A DNA stretch of 64,000 nt from positions 6,578-70,577 of the forward strand of contig DAIUEJ010000007.1 in the NCBI GenBank assembly GCA_036845225.1, read 5' to 3'. Shown here piece after piece: positions 9,881-18,801 of this stretch; position 1 is the stretch's first letter, and the number at the start of each line of letters is the position of its first letter. The DNA is from Candidatus Anoxymicrobiaceae bacterium (lineage in GTDB: Bacteria > Actinomycetota > Geothermincolia > Fen-727 > Anoxymicrobiaceae). The notes under the pieces were generated by a model. The model searched no databases. It was given only the letters and a program-made list of their open reading frames with translations, and was not told where the DNA came from. A program made the translations under genes and the position numbers.

Positions 9881-10215
9881 TCGCCGTAACCCAGCGACTT
9901 CGCCAGGCCTGCCATCTTCTTGACGACGAGGCCCAGGCCCGCCCGCCTGACCACGGGCCCCCTCCAGCTCACCATCAGTTTCTTCGTGAACTCCTGGGTC
10001 GCCCTGGCCTTGCTCTCGGTGATGATGTTCTGGATGGGTATGCCGATGATCCCCTCGACGTTGGCGAACAGCTCGTTGGTCCCCTCGACGTCGGCGAGCA
10101 CCATGCGGTGTTCGGGGTCTCGCGCCTCGGCGATGGTCCCGCTGGAGTTCCAGGTGAGGCTCTTTGCTGTCCGCTTGGAGACGCCGCATGTACCGCAGAC
10201 CTGTGTGCCGCTCAA
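9880..10215 (-). pseudogene. Truncated N-terminal fragment of a CxxC-GV...W-type hypothetical (V4R-like) gene
   Basis: AGGAGG SD + TTG 10215, MSGTQVCGTCGVSKR...LTWNSSGTI...GYGD, then the frame runs into the repeat (TKRGLTP). Confidence 0.65.
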
Positions 10216-10252
10216 CTGATCCCCTCCTGCTAGGTGCACGCGGATAATTCTA

Positions 10253-10483
10253 TCACTGCGCCGGTTGTGTTCCCCTTCGCGCGGAGTTGATGACATCGCA
10301 GGCGCGCCGGACGTTGTTCTTGAAGGAGGCGATCGACTTCTCCTGGAAGACGCCGCCTTCGGTGTACTGGATGTCGAGGACGTCCATCAGCGCGATGGGC
10401 GAAGGGTGAGGATACACCTGCACGGAGGTCATCGCCTCGTACGGTATCTGGAACGGGAGGTCCGACCCGGCTGCCCGCTTAAG
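10253..10483 (-). pseudogene. Headless 3' gene fragment
   Basis: Protein-like frame LKRAAGSDLPFQIPYEAMTSVQVYPHP...SARRGTQPAQ* begins at the arm of the 10489 repeat; no convincing start or RBS. Confidence 0.5.
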
Positions 10484-10510
10484 AAAAAGGACCCGACCCC
10501 AGGAAGTTAA
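10478..10510. repeat. Palindromic element variant GGACCCGACCCC
   Basis: CTTAAGAAAAA-GGACCCGACCCC-AGGAAGTTAA; near-identical to the 13248-13277 copy and to the reverse complement of 46778-46810. Confidence 0.85.
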
Positions 10511-11163
10511 GCGTCTCGCTGGGCTATTTCAAGGGCTTTCTTGTCGAGCTGCTCGGAGTATTCCTTCCATGTCGACATGTCTTCGGCGCTCCCGCGGAAG
10601 ATCACAAAGCGGCACGTTTCCGCGCCCGCGGGGATCGTCTGGGTGAAGCGAACCTGCCAGTCCATCCAGCCCAGCTCTTTCGCCGCGTCGAGCATTCCCT
10701 GGACGAAGTTCCTCTGGACGCGGCAGTCGAAGGCACTGTAGCAGTCCTGGTGCGGGCACCAGATGATGTGGAAGCTGACCTCGTCCTCGGAGTCGATGCT
10801 CGGCTCCTCGAGCGACGCGTAAGCGATACGGTTGATGACGGTCGCGAAGAAGCTGGCGAGCTCCGCCTCGGTGAGCCCCTCCGGCCTCTCGAGCCCGTCG
10901 AGCATCTGCCTGCCGACGTCCAGGCCCACCTTCCTTATGGCTTCGCAGACGACTCGCTGCCCGTCCTCGCCGAATTCGCGCTCGCACGCCTTGAGTATGC
11001 CTATCACCGCCATGGCCTGCATGGTCCCCCATTGCCAGAGCACGGCGGGGTCGAAGTCGGTCTTACCCAGGACCTCCTCGCGAAGCCGTGCCACGCCCTC
11101 GGCATACGGCTGGTTGAACTCGAATTCTTTCCAGGCGGGCTCGTCGCGGCGCTCCCAGTGCAT
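10507..11163 (-). CDS. V4R-like / ATC-hydrolase-like protein
   Basis: WCPHQDCY...DCRVQRNFVQG and FTQTIPAGAETCRFVI; GGAG SD before ATG 11163. Confidence 0.7.
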   Translation of the reverse strand: MHWERRDEPAWKEFEFNQPYAEGVARLREEVLGKTDFDPAVLWQWGTMQAMAVIGILKACEREFGEDGQRVVCEAIRKVGLDVGRQMLDGLERPEGLTEAELASFFATVINRIAYASLEEPSIDSEDEVSFHIIWCPHQDCYSAFDCRVQRNFVQGMLDAAKELGWMDWQVRFTQTIPAGAETCRFVIFRGSAEDMSTWKEYSEQLDKKALEIAQRDA

Positions 11164-11205
11164 TGCAGGACTCCTTCTCTGATGCCGATGCGCGTAAATC
11201 ATCGA

Positions 11206-11255
11206 GCCGGCGGGACGCCAGCGCTACGAACAGGCCGGCGGGACGCCAGCGCTAC
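11206..11255. repeat. GTAG-type REP doublet (tandem)
   Basis: GCCGGCGGGACGCCAGCGCTAC at 11206-11227 and 11234-11255; reverse complement begins GTAG. Confidence 0.85.
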
Positions 11256-11283
11256 GTCTTTCATTCTGACGGCGCGACGGCCG

Positions 11284-11314
11284 TGCAAAATAAAGGTTTG
11301 ACCCCTATTTTGCA
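11284..11314. repeat. Palindromic element variant overlapping the fadD stop codon
   Basis: TGCAAAATA-AAGGTTTGACCCC-TATTTTGCA with 9-bp inverted arms. Confidence 0.8.
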
Positions 11315-13104
11315 GGCTGCTGGTATTGCGCCTCGATCTCCTCGCCGAACGTGTCCACGACGATCCGGCGCTTGAGCTTCAGCGTCTGCGTCAGCATCCC
11401 GTTCTCGAGCGTGAAATCCTCTGTGAGGAAGACGAACTTCTTGGGTATCTCGTAGGAGCCGTACGTGCCCTTGAGGGCATCTTTCACCTGCTTCTCGATG
11501 GCGTCCTGGACGGCCTTGTCCTTCGCCAGCACGGCGGGCTCCTTCCCCTCGGCGCCCTCGACGTGCTTCGGGAGCACCTCGAAGTCGGGGACCAGCAGGC
11601 AGATGTTGTACTCCTTGCCCTCACCGAAGATCATGCAGTTGGCGACAAGGGGCAGGAGCTTTATCTCTTCCTCGATGGAGCTCGGGAACACGTACTTGCC
11701 GTTCAGCAGCTTGTACTGCTCTTTCAGCCGCCCCGTCACCTTGAGATATCCGTCGTTATCCAGCCTGCCGCGGTCGCCGGTCCTGAAGCCGCCGTCCGGC
11801 GTCATGACTTCGGCGGTCGCCTCGGGCTTGTTGTGATAGCCCTTCATGACGTTGGGCCCGTAGACGATGATCTCGCCGTCATCAGCGCCCTCATCCACCA
11901 CCGAGTTGTCTATGACTATCCGGCAGTTGGGGATCGCCGAGCCGACAGTCCCGATCTTGTTCTTGCCCGGCCGGTTCATGGTGGCCCCCGGCGACGTCTC
12001 GGTCAGGCCGTAGCAGTCGTAGGTCGGGATGCCCAGGTCGGAGAAGAAGTAGGCGATCTCGGGGTTCATCATCGCGCTGCCGGTGACCGCGCCCTTCAAG
12101 CGGCCGCCGAACTTATCGCGTATCTTCTTGAAGACTATCTTATCGGCGAGGTTGTACTTGACGTTGACCCACATGCTCGTCTTGCCCTGCTCAGCCAGCT
12201 CGCGCTTCTTCTTGCCGGCCTCGACCCCCATCACGAACAGCTTTCGCGGCAGGCCGCCGTCCTCGTCCATCTTCGCCCAGAGGCCGTCGTAGACCCTGTT
12301 GAAGATGCGCGGGACCGCGATAAGGAAGGTCGGCTCCGTCTTCCCAAGGTCTTCCACGACCGTCTGCGGGCTCTCGACCAGCCCCAGCGAGCCACCGATG
12401 TAGATGTAGTTGTTGAGGTCGGCGGTCTGGCCGAATGAGTGTGCCCACGGCAGGATCGAGAGGCTGCGGTCCTCCTCGTTGAGGTCGGGGAAACAGGCGC
12501 CGCAGTCGACGACGTTGGAGGTCAGGTTCCCGTGCGACAGCAGGACGCCCTTAGGCTCGCCCGTGGTGCCCGAGGTGTAGATGAGAAGAGCGATGTCGTC
12601 GGGGCCCGCCGGCTTGACGGACGGGACGGGCTTCTCGCGTCCCTTGCGCTCCAGGTCGGCCATTGTGTTCGGTCCGTCGCCCTCGATCAGGTACAGCTTC
12701 AGGCCCGGGAAGTCTGAGGCGAACCCCTCGACCTTCTCGAGCAACTCCGGCTTGGAGATGAACAGCGCCTTTATCCCGCTGTCGCCGATGATGTACTTCC
12801 AGGTGCTCTCGAGCTCGGCTTCGTACATGGGGATGAAGCGCGCGCCAAGACTGTAAGTCGCGTAAGCGATTATCGCCCACTCGACCCTGTTGTTAGCGAT
12901 GATCCCGACGCAGTCGCCTTTTCCGAAGCCATCTGCGGCCAGTCCGCCGCGCAGGTCGTCGACGCGCTTCGCCACCTCGGCGTAGGTGACCCACTCGTAC
13001 TCGCCGGCCTTGTTCTTGGTCCCGAAGAGCTTGTTTGACCCGTGTTTGGCCACACTGCGCTCGAACATGTCAACGAGGTTGTCCGGCCTGTCGTCACTGC
13101 TCAT
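11305..13104 (-). CDS. fadD: Long-chain fatty acid--CoA ligase (FadD/AMP-dependent synthetase)
   Basis: YTSGTTGEPKG, YGLTETSP, FRTGDRG, TGRLKE...GKYVFP and LTQTLKLKRR. Confidence 0.92.
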   Translation of the reverse strand: MSSDDRPDNLVDMFERSVAKHGSNKLFGTKNKAGEYEWVTYAEVAKRVDDLRGGLAADGFGKGDCVGIIANNRVEWAIIAYATYSLGARFIPMYEAELESTWKYIIGDSGIKALFISKPELLEKVEGFASDFPGLKLYLIEGDGPNTMADLERKGREKPVPSVKPAGPDDIALLIYTSGTTGEPKGVLLSHGNLTSNVVDCGACFPDLNEEDRSLSILPWAHSFGQTADLNNYIYIGGSLGLVESPQTVVEDLGKTEPTFLIAVPRIFNRVYDGLWAKMDEDGGLPRKLFVMGVEAGKKKRELAEQGKTSMWVNVKYNLADKIVFKKIRDKFGGRLKGAVTGSAMMNPEIAYFFSDLGIPTYDCYGLTETSPGATMNRPGKNKIGTVGSAIPNCRIVIDNSVVDEGADDGEIIVYGPNVMKGYHNKPEATAEVMTPDGGFRTGDRGRLDNDGYLKVTGRLKEQYKLLNGKYVFPSSIEEEIKLLPLVANCMIFGEGKEYNICLLVPDFEVLPKHVEGAEGKEPAVLAKDKAVQDAIEKQVKDALKGTYGSYEIPKKFVFLTEDFTLENGMLTQTLKLKRRIVVDTFGEEIEAQYQQPAK

Positions 13105-13225
13105 GATGCACCCCCAGGGCTAGAACGAGTCTTTCAACGTAGTGATATCGTCATCCGGCTCAAAGATTATAACCTGCCAGGCAAGGGCGCCACACGGGTC
13201 ACGCGGTCGGTCGGGATGCTCAAGT

Positions 13226-13277
13226 GGGGTCTGACCCCGGTGGCGCACTTAAGGAAAAGGACCTGACCCCGGAAAGT
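13226..13277. repeat. Two palindromic elements in tandem
   Basis: GGGGTCTGACCCC (13226-13238)-GGTGGCGCA and GGACCTGACCCC (13259-13270). Confidence 0.9.
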
Positions 13278-13413
13278 AAAGTGAAGTTTCCTTTGCCCGG
13301 CTGGCGGGGAGTTGGTAAGATAATCCTAGGCAGCATGGGGGCGACGGAGCATTCACCGGCGACGCGCGTCCCTCGCCACTAAGTGGCTGGTCACCTGATA
13401 AGGGAGGAATACG

Positions 13414-13974
13414 ATGGCCCCAAAGTACGGTACTGACGAATGGGAGAGCGCCTACCAGGCTTTTCTGGCGGAGAGGACGAAAGACGGCCCTCCGTACATC
13501 TACTTCACGCCCGAGTGGGCGGCCCTGTACGAGAAGACGATCCAGAACGATGAGGCGTACCGGGACGCGGCAAAGACGTGGGAAGGCACTGTTGTGCTGC
13601 ACGTCGAGGCTGCCCCCGAGTTCGGCCTCGAATTCGACCTCTTCGTCTTCATGGACCTCTGGCACGGCGAGTGCCGCTCGATCAGGATCGTGCCCACGGA
13701 CGCCGGCGAGGCGGGCGATTTCGTGATCAGCGGTTCACTCGAGCGCTGGACCCAGGTCGCCAAGAAAGAGCTCGACAGCACCAAGGGCATGATGCAGGGC
13801 AAGCTGAAGCTCAAGGGCGACCTCCCGACGATCGTACGCGCGGTGAGGGCGTCCCAGCGCCTGACCGACCTGAGCGCCGACGTCGGCGGGTTCTTCCCGA
13901 CCGAGCTCGAAGCCGCGAAGGTTCAGGAGCTCAGGGCCGTAATGAATGATTTCAAGGACAAGGTGCTCGGCTAG
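13414..13974 (+). CDS. SCP2 sterol-carrier domain protein
   Basis: WEGTVVL...DLWHGECR...GDFVISGSLERW...MMQGKLKLKGDL. Confidence 0.85.
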   Translation: MAPKYGTDEWESAYQAFLAERTKDGPPYIYFTPEWAALYEKTIQNDEAYRDAAKTWEGTVVLHVEAAPEFGLEFDLFVFMDLWHGECRSIRIVPTDAGEAGDFVISGSLERWTQVAKKELDSTKGMMQGKLKLKGDLPTIVRAVRASQRLTDLSADVGGFFPTELEAAKVQELRAVMNDFKDKVLG

Positions 13975-14082
13975 AACACGGCACCAGTCAAAATAATGTG
14001 AGGCGGACATGGGCAACCCGTGTGCCCGCTCGACGGACCGGGTTGCAGCCCATGCCGGCATCACCATCAAAGGGAGGTATAC

Positions 14083-15246
14083 ATGGCGTACGATCGAGAT
14101 CTTGCCTTCATCTACAGGAACCCGACCAAGATCGTCTTTGGCGAGAACACCGTAAATGACGCGGGCATAGAGGTGTCCGAGCTCGGCTGCAGCAAGGCGT
14201 TTATTGTGACCGATCCCGGCGTGGTGGCGGCCGGACTGGTAGAGAGAGTCCAGAAGGCGCTCGGGTCGAAGTTCGTCGGCATCTACGACAAGTGCATCCA
14301 AGACTCCGGCGTGCACATCATCAATGAGGCGTCCGCGCTCGCAAAAGAGGCCGGCGCCGACTGCCTCGTCAGCGTCGGCGGGGGCAGCACCATCGACACG
14401 GCCAAGGGCATGGCCGTCCTCATCAAGGAGGGTGGCAAGCTGGAGGACTACGCCGGCTTCCAGCTCCTGACCCGGCCCCAGACACCGCACGTAGTTGTGC
14501 CGACCACGGCCGGGACCGGCAGCGAGGCCACCATGACGGCGGTCGTCAAGGACTGGGACAGGCACCAGAAGATGCTCTTCTCAGACACCAACATGATCCC
14601 GAACGTAGGGATACTCGACCCGACGATAGTGGCCGGGCTTCCTAAGGGATTGACGGCGACCACGGGCATGGACGCGTTCACGCACGGGGTAGAATCGATA
14701 CATACACTCCAGGCGTCGCCCATCGCCGACGCGATGGCTCTCCAGTCCATCAGGCTGATCTACGAGAACCTCCCGAAGTGCGTCGAGGACGGCAGCGACC
14801 TGCTCGCGCGGGGACAGCAGCAGTGCGGGGCTACCATGGCGGGAATCGCGTTCGATAACGCGCAGGTGGGCCTGCCGCACGCGCTCGCGCATTCTCTCGG
14901 CGGGCTTTTCAAGGTGCCTCACGGGCTCGCCAACAGCATCGTGCTTCCGTACAGCATGCAGTTCAACCTGGAGGAGTCCGCCGACCGCTACGCGCTCATC
15001 GCGCGGGTGATGGGCCTGGACGTAAAAGGCATGAGCGACGTGGAGGCGGGACAGGCGGCGATAGACGCGGTCTTCGCGTTTACCAAGAAGCTCGGTATCC
15101 CGCAGAAGCTGAGCGAAGCGGGAGTGCCGGAGGAAGGGCTGATCGAGGTCGCGGAGCTCGCGCTCTCCGATGGCGCGATAGTCTACAACCCGACGCTTAT
15201 CTTCGAGACCGACCAGATAATGGAAGTGTTGAAGGCTGCGTACTAG
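14083..15246 (+). CDS. Iron-containing alcohol dehydrogenase
   Basis: GGGSTID, PTTAGTGSE, DAFTH, and GLPHALAH...HGLAN metal ligands; GGAGG SD before ATG 14083. Confidence 0.93.
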   Translation: MAYDRDLAFIYRNPTKIVFGENTVNDAGIEVSELGCSKAFIVTDPGVVAAGLVERVQKALGSKFVGIYDKCIQDSGVHIINEASALAKEAGADCLVSVGGGSTIDTAKGMAVLIKEGGKLEDYAGFQLLTRPQTPHVVVPTTAGTGSEATMTAVVKDWDRHQKMLFSDTNMIPNVGILDPTIVAGLPKGLTATTGMDAFTHGVESIHTLQASPIADAMALQSIRLIYENLPKCVEDGSDLLARGQQQCGATMAGIAFDNAQVGLPHALAHSLGGLFKVPHGLANSIVLPYSMQFNLEESADRYALIARVMGLDVKGMSDVEAGQAAIDAVFAFTKKLGIPQKLSEAGVPEEGLIEVAELALSDGAIVYNPTLIFETDQIMEVLKAAY

Positions 15247-15280
15247 ACCTTCCAGGAATGAACAATGACCAGGGGGTAAC

Positions 15281-15703
15281 ATGAGCGAGCCCAATATCGA
15301 ACTGGCGCCGGACGTGGAGCCCGGCATGGCTTCCATGCTGGCGGACATGATAAAGACAAACCTGAAGGACAAGCCCGACAGGATGAAGGACTTCAACAAG
15401 CTGGAGGGGACGATCTGGATAACCGCGGAGGACGCGGAGACCGAGATGACGATGGTCTTCGAGAGCGGGAAGCTGACGGTCCACTCCGGCAAGATCGGCA
15501 AGCCGATACTTGAGATAACCACCGACGCTTCGACACTGATGGACCTCGCCAACATCGACATCAAGATGGGGATGCCCTACTACTTCGACGAGACCGGGCG
15601 CATGGTCATCAAGAAGCTCCTCAAGAAAGAGCTGAAGATCAAAGGCATGTTCGCCCACAACATGGCACTGACGCGGATGACTAAGATCATGTCGGTCAAG
15701 TAG
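15281..15703 (+). CDS. SCP2-like domain protein
   Basis: 140 aa; ...TMVFESGKLTV...ILEITTDASTLM...KKLLKKELKIKG, an SCP2-type C-terminus. Confidence 0.6.
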   Translation: MSEPNIELAPDVEPGMASMLADMIKTNLKDKPDRMKDFNKLEGTIWITAEDAETEMTMVFESGKLTVHSGKIGKPILEITTDASTLMDLANIDIKMGMPYYFDETGRMVIKKLLKKELKIKGMFAHNMALTRMTKIMSVK

Positions 15704-15741
15704 GCCCGAGAAGCCAGGCCCTTACGATCGGAGGACGTACG

Positions 15742-17604
15742 ATGTTCGGAAACACCGGCAAGGTGCTGGAAGTCGACTTGAGCTCCGGGCAGATCGAGAC
15801 GCTCGAGCTCGAGGAAGACATCTACAAGAAGTACATCGGTGGAGTGGGTCTGGCGGCAAAGCTGCTGTTCGACCGTGGCAACCTCGATGCGGACCCCCTG
15901 GACCCCGACACGCTGCTGATATTCGCCACGGGGCCGATGGCCGGCACGGGCATGTACGGCACGAGCCGCTTCTCGGTCGGCGCCCGCTCGCCTCTGACCG
16001 GCATCTGGGGGCAGGCGAGCTGCGGGGGAAACTTCGGGCCCGAGCTCAGCAGGTGCGGCTACGACGCGGTGATATTCAAAGGCAAGGCGGACAAGCCTGT
16101 CAGCCTCGTCATCGGTGACGAGACCGCCGAGATCGTGGACGCGGGCGACCTCTGGGGCAAGGACGTCTACGAGACGACGGACATCCTCAAGGAGAAGTAC
16201 GGCAAGCAGGAGAAGATACTCGCCATCGGCCCGGCGGCCGAGAACGGAGTCCTCTTCGGCAGCATCACCAACGATTACGGGCACCACTTCGGCCGCGCCG
16301 GCATGGGCACCGTGATGGCTTCCAAGAACCTCAAGGCGATAGCCGCGAAGGGCGACATGAAATCCGAGTTCGCGGACCCGGAGGGGTTCAAAGAGTTCTG
16401 GCAGAACACCGTCCGACCGCAGATCGAGGAGAATATCTTCTGCAATGCGCTCAAGGCTTTCGGCACCGCCGCGAACATGGAACTGAAGATGATGGAGGGC
16501 GACGTCCCGACCAGGAACTGGTCGGTCGGCTCGTGGATGGAAGGGCCGGAAACCCTGAGCGGTATCACTATGGCCGACACCATCAGGACGGACACCGCCT
16601 CATGCCGGGGTTGCGCAGTGAAGTGCAAGCCTGTGGTCAAGGTCGATGAAGGTCCCTATCAGACGCCCGAGGGACCGGGGCCGGAGTACGAGACGATCGG
16701 GACCTTCGGAACCATGATGATGAACCCGAGCCTGGAGGCCGTTGCGAAGGCGAACGACCTCTGCAACCGCCTGGGGATGGACACCATGACCTGCGGCTCG
16801 ACCATCGCGTGGGCGATGGACTGCTACGAGGCGGGCATCCTCAAGCCCGAAGATTACGACGGGATCAAGCTCGAGTTCGGCGACATCGACACGCCGCTGG
16901 CCCTGCTTCCAAAGATAGCCGCGAAGGAAGGGAAGCTCGCGCAACTGCTCGCCATGGGCTCCCGCAAGGCATCCACGGAGATAGACGCCGGCAGCGAGAA
17001 GTTCCTCACCGACAGCAAAGGGCTGGAGGCCGCGATGCACGACCCGCGATGCAACTGGGGCGACGGGCTCGCCTACGCGGTCTCGGTGCGCGGCGCGTGC
17101 CACGTCTCGAACGTGACCTTCCTCTGGGAGTGGGGCGCGATCGAGTACCCGGAGGTCGGGCTGGACATGCTCTTCCAGGCGCAGTCGGCCGAGCACAAGG
17201 CGTTCGGCACGGCGGTGACCACGGACATGGGCTCTATCTTCAACTCGGCGTGCTGGTGCGAGTTCCCCGGGGCGAGCCTGACGCTGACCCAGTGGGTTGA
17301 GGCGTTCAACCTGGTCGCGGGGTACGGCTACGACATCGACTCGATGATGGAAGCGGCCGCGCGCGTGTGGTTCCTGCAGCGCGCCCTCGGCAACATCTGG
17401 GGCGCGACCGGTGAGGACGACCGGATAGGCGAGAGGATCATGACGCCCGTGGACGACGGCATGATTGCCGGCTCGGTGCCCGACATGGAGACCATGCTCA
17501 AGGAGTTCTACGAGCTGCGCGGACTCTCCGCCGACGGCCGCCCTACTCGCGAGGCGCTGGCGAAGTACGGCCTCGAGGACGTCGCCGAGAAGCTCGGGGT
17601 CTGA
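15742..17604 (+). CDS. aor: Aldehyde:ferredoxin oxidoreductase family (tungstopterin)
   Basis: SPLTG, GRAGMGTVMASKNLKAI, CRGCAVKC, PEYET, GMDTMTCG and RGACH. Confidence 0.92.
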   Translation: MFGNTGKVLEVDLSSGQIETLELEEDIYKKYIGGVGLAAKLLFDRGNLDADPLDPDTLLIFATGPMAGTGMYGTSRFSVGARSPLTGIWGQASCGGNFGPELSRCGYDAVIFKGKADKPVSLVIGDETAEIVDAGDLWGKDVYETTDILKEKYGKQEKILAIGPAAENGVLFGSITNDYGHHFGRAGMGTVMASKNLKAIAAKGDMKSEFADPEGFKEFWQNTVRPQIEENIFCNALKAFGTAANMELKMMEGDVPTRNWSVGSWMEGPETLSGITMADTIRTDTASCRGCAVKCKPVVKVDEGPYQTPEGPGPEYETIGTFGTMMMNPSLEAVAKANDLCNRLGMDTMTCGSTIAWAMDCYEAGILKPEDYDGIKLEFGDIDTPLALLPKIAAKEGKLAQLLAMGSRKASTEIDAGSEKFLTDSKGLEAAMHDPRCNWGDGLAYAVSVRGACHVSNVTFLWEWGAIEYPEVGLDMLFQAQSAEHKAFGTAVTTDMGSIFNSACWCEFPGASLTLTQWVEAFNLVAGYGYDIDSMMEAAARVWFLQRALGNIWGATGEDDRIGERIMTPVDDGMIAGSVPDMETMLKEFYELRGLSADGRPTREALAKYGLEDVAEKLGV

Positions 17605-17635
17605 CCACGGGTCGAGCCTCACAAGAGAGAAAGCC

Positions 17636-17911
17636 TTGAAGGTGCACGTCCGCTATGTCGGCCTGTTCGCGAAATACGTGGGCGAGCGGGAAAGAGACTT
17701 CGATCTGCCCGACGGCGCCACCGCGGACGACCTCCTCGGGCGGCTTGCTGACCAGTACAGGGAAACCCTCCCCGAAAGCTTCATGGACAAAGAGACCGGC
17801 CGGCTGCACAAGAGCGTCCGCCTGGCCGCCACCAGCGGCGCGATCGGACCGGAACAAGAGCTCAACGATGGCGACAACCTACTCGTATTGTTCACCCTCG
17901 CCGGCGGCTGA
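17636..17911 (+). CDS. MoaD/ThiS-family sulfur carrier
   Basis: Ubiquitin-like, about 91 aa, ends FTLAGG; follows aor; TTG/GTG start uncertain. Confidence 0.85.
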   Translation: MKVHVRYVGLFAKYVGERERDFDLPDGATADDLLGRLADQYRETLPESFMDKETGRLHKSVRLAATSGAIGPEQELNDGDNLLVLFTLAGG

Positions 17912-17973
17912 GTGTAAAACCGGTGCCAGGCACTTTCTTTTCACTTTGAAAAACGGGGGTCAGGCACTTTTTT
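17908..17973. repeat. Two palindromic element variants
   Basis: CTGAGTGTAAAACC-GGTGCCAGGCAC-TTTCTTTTCAC (36/37 identical to the reverse complement of 54553-54589), then AAAAAC-GGGGGTCAGGCAC-TTTTTT (matches 20716-20740). Confidence 0.9.
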
Positions 17974-18040
17974 GCCGAGGGCCTGTGAGCCCGTGGTGAA
18001 GAAGAGCGTGAGTTTCTCGTCGACAGCCCGCAGGTCCCTT

Positions 18041-18553
18041 TCAGATGCGTCTGATGGCGGACATTCGTTTCTGGTATTTGCTGAGGAGTTCCACTTTGAC
18101 GCTGTCCGGGTAGGCGTGAAGGATGAGGCCGTCCCCGATGTAGAGCGCCACGTGGCCGTTCTTGAAGAAATAGATGAGGTCTCCCGGGGCGAGCCCGGCG
18201 AGGGGGACCGGCTGGCCCACCTTGACCTGGTCGTAGGTCACCCGCGGCAGCTTGACCCCCGCCGCCGCGAACGCGTGCTGCACCAGAGCGCTGCAGTCGA
18301 AGGCGTCCGGCCCGTTGCCTCCCCATTCGTATTTCTTGCCGAGCTGGGCGAGGGCGGTATCGAGGACGACCTGCGCCCGCGGGCTTGCCTCGTCAAGGTG
18401 TATCTTCGAGAGCGCCAGCCAGAGGTCGAACTGTGTGACCACAGTCGGCCTTGTGCTTACGGGAGGCTGTCCGGTCTGAGCGGCGCCGCAGCCGCACGCC
18501 GCCAGGGCGACCACAACGAGAGCGGCGATCATCTTTGCGGTTGGATTCTTCAC
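18041..18553 (-). CDS. NlpC/P60-family peptidoglycan endopeptidase, lipoprotein
   Basis: Lipobox-like LAACGC, YEWGG...FDCSALV, GDLIYF, GHVALY. Confidence 0.9.
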   Translation of the reverse strand: MKNPTAKMIAALVVVALAACGCGAAQTGQPPVSTRPTVVTQFDLWLALSKIHLDEASPRAQVVLDTALAQLGKKYEWGGNGPDAFDCSALVQHAFAAAGVKLPRVTYDQVKVGQPVPLAGLAPGDLIYFFKNGHVALYIGDGLILHAYPDSVKVELLSKYQKRMSAIRRI

Positions 18554-18621
18554 TTGTTCATCGCGCCTCGGGTATAGAACTGTCGCGAATCATCATACCC
18601 GAACCGGGCGCGTCCACTGAT

Positions 18622-18742
18622 GCCGGCGGGACGCCGGCGCTACGGACGTAGAGCAGGAGGCCACATGCCGGCGGGACGCCGGCGCTACGAACACGCGGCG
18701 GGACGCCGGCGCTACGAAAGGATAGCGGGACGCCGGCGATAC
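18622..18742. repeat. GTAG-type REP array, 4 copies
   Basis: GCCGGCGGGACGCCGGCGCTAC at 18622 and 18667, and shortened or variant copies at 18695 and 18725. Confidence 0.85.
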
Positions 18743-18801
18743 GGACGTAGCCGTTGCTGATAGAATGCCCGTGTTGAAAGCGGCAAGCGGAGGATGCTTC
18801 G

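Noticed and set aside
14010-14056. Structured RNA leader between SCP2 and ADH
   Set aside because: A bulged hairpin (CATGGGC-AACCCG...CGGGTT-GCAGCCCATG) is present, but such stems are common at this GC content and no family is recognised.
17596-17606. GGGGTCTGACC at the aor stop (and GGGGTCTGA at 31610-31618) as element copies
   Set aside because: No arms and explainable by Gly-Val-stop codons; not counted, though decayed copies cannot be excluded.
18622-18742. CRISPR array
   Set aside because: Repeats are 22-nt GTAG REP palindromes with short irregular spacers (6-23 nt), and no cas genes are present.
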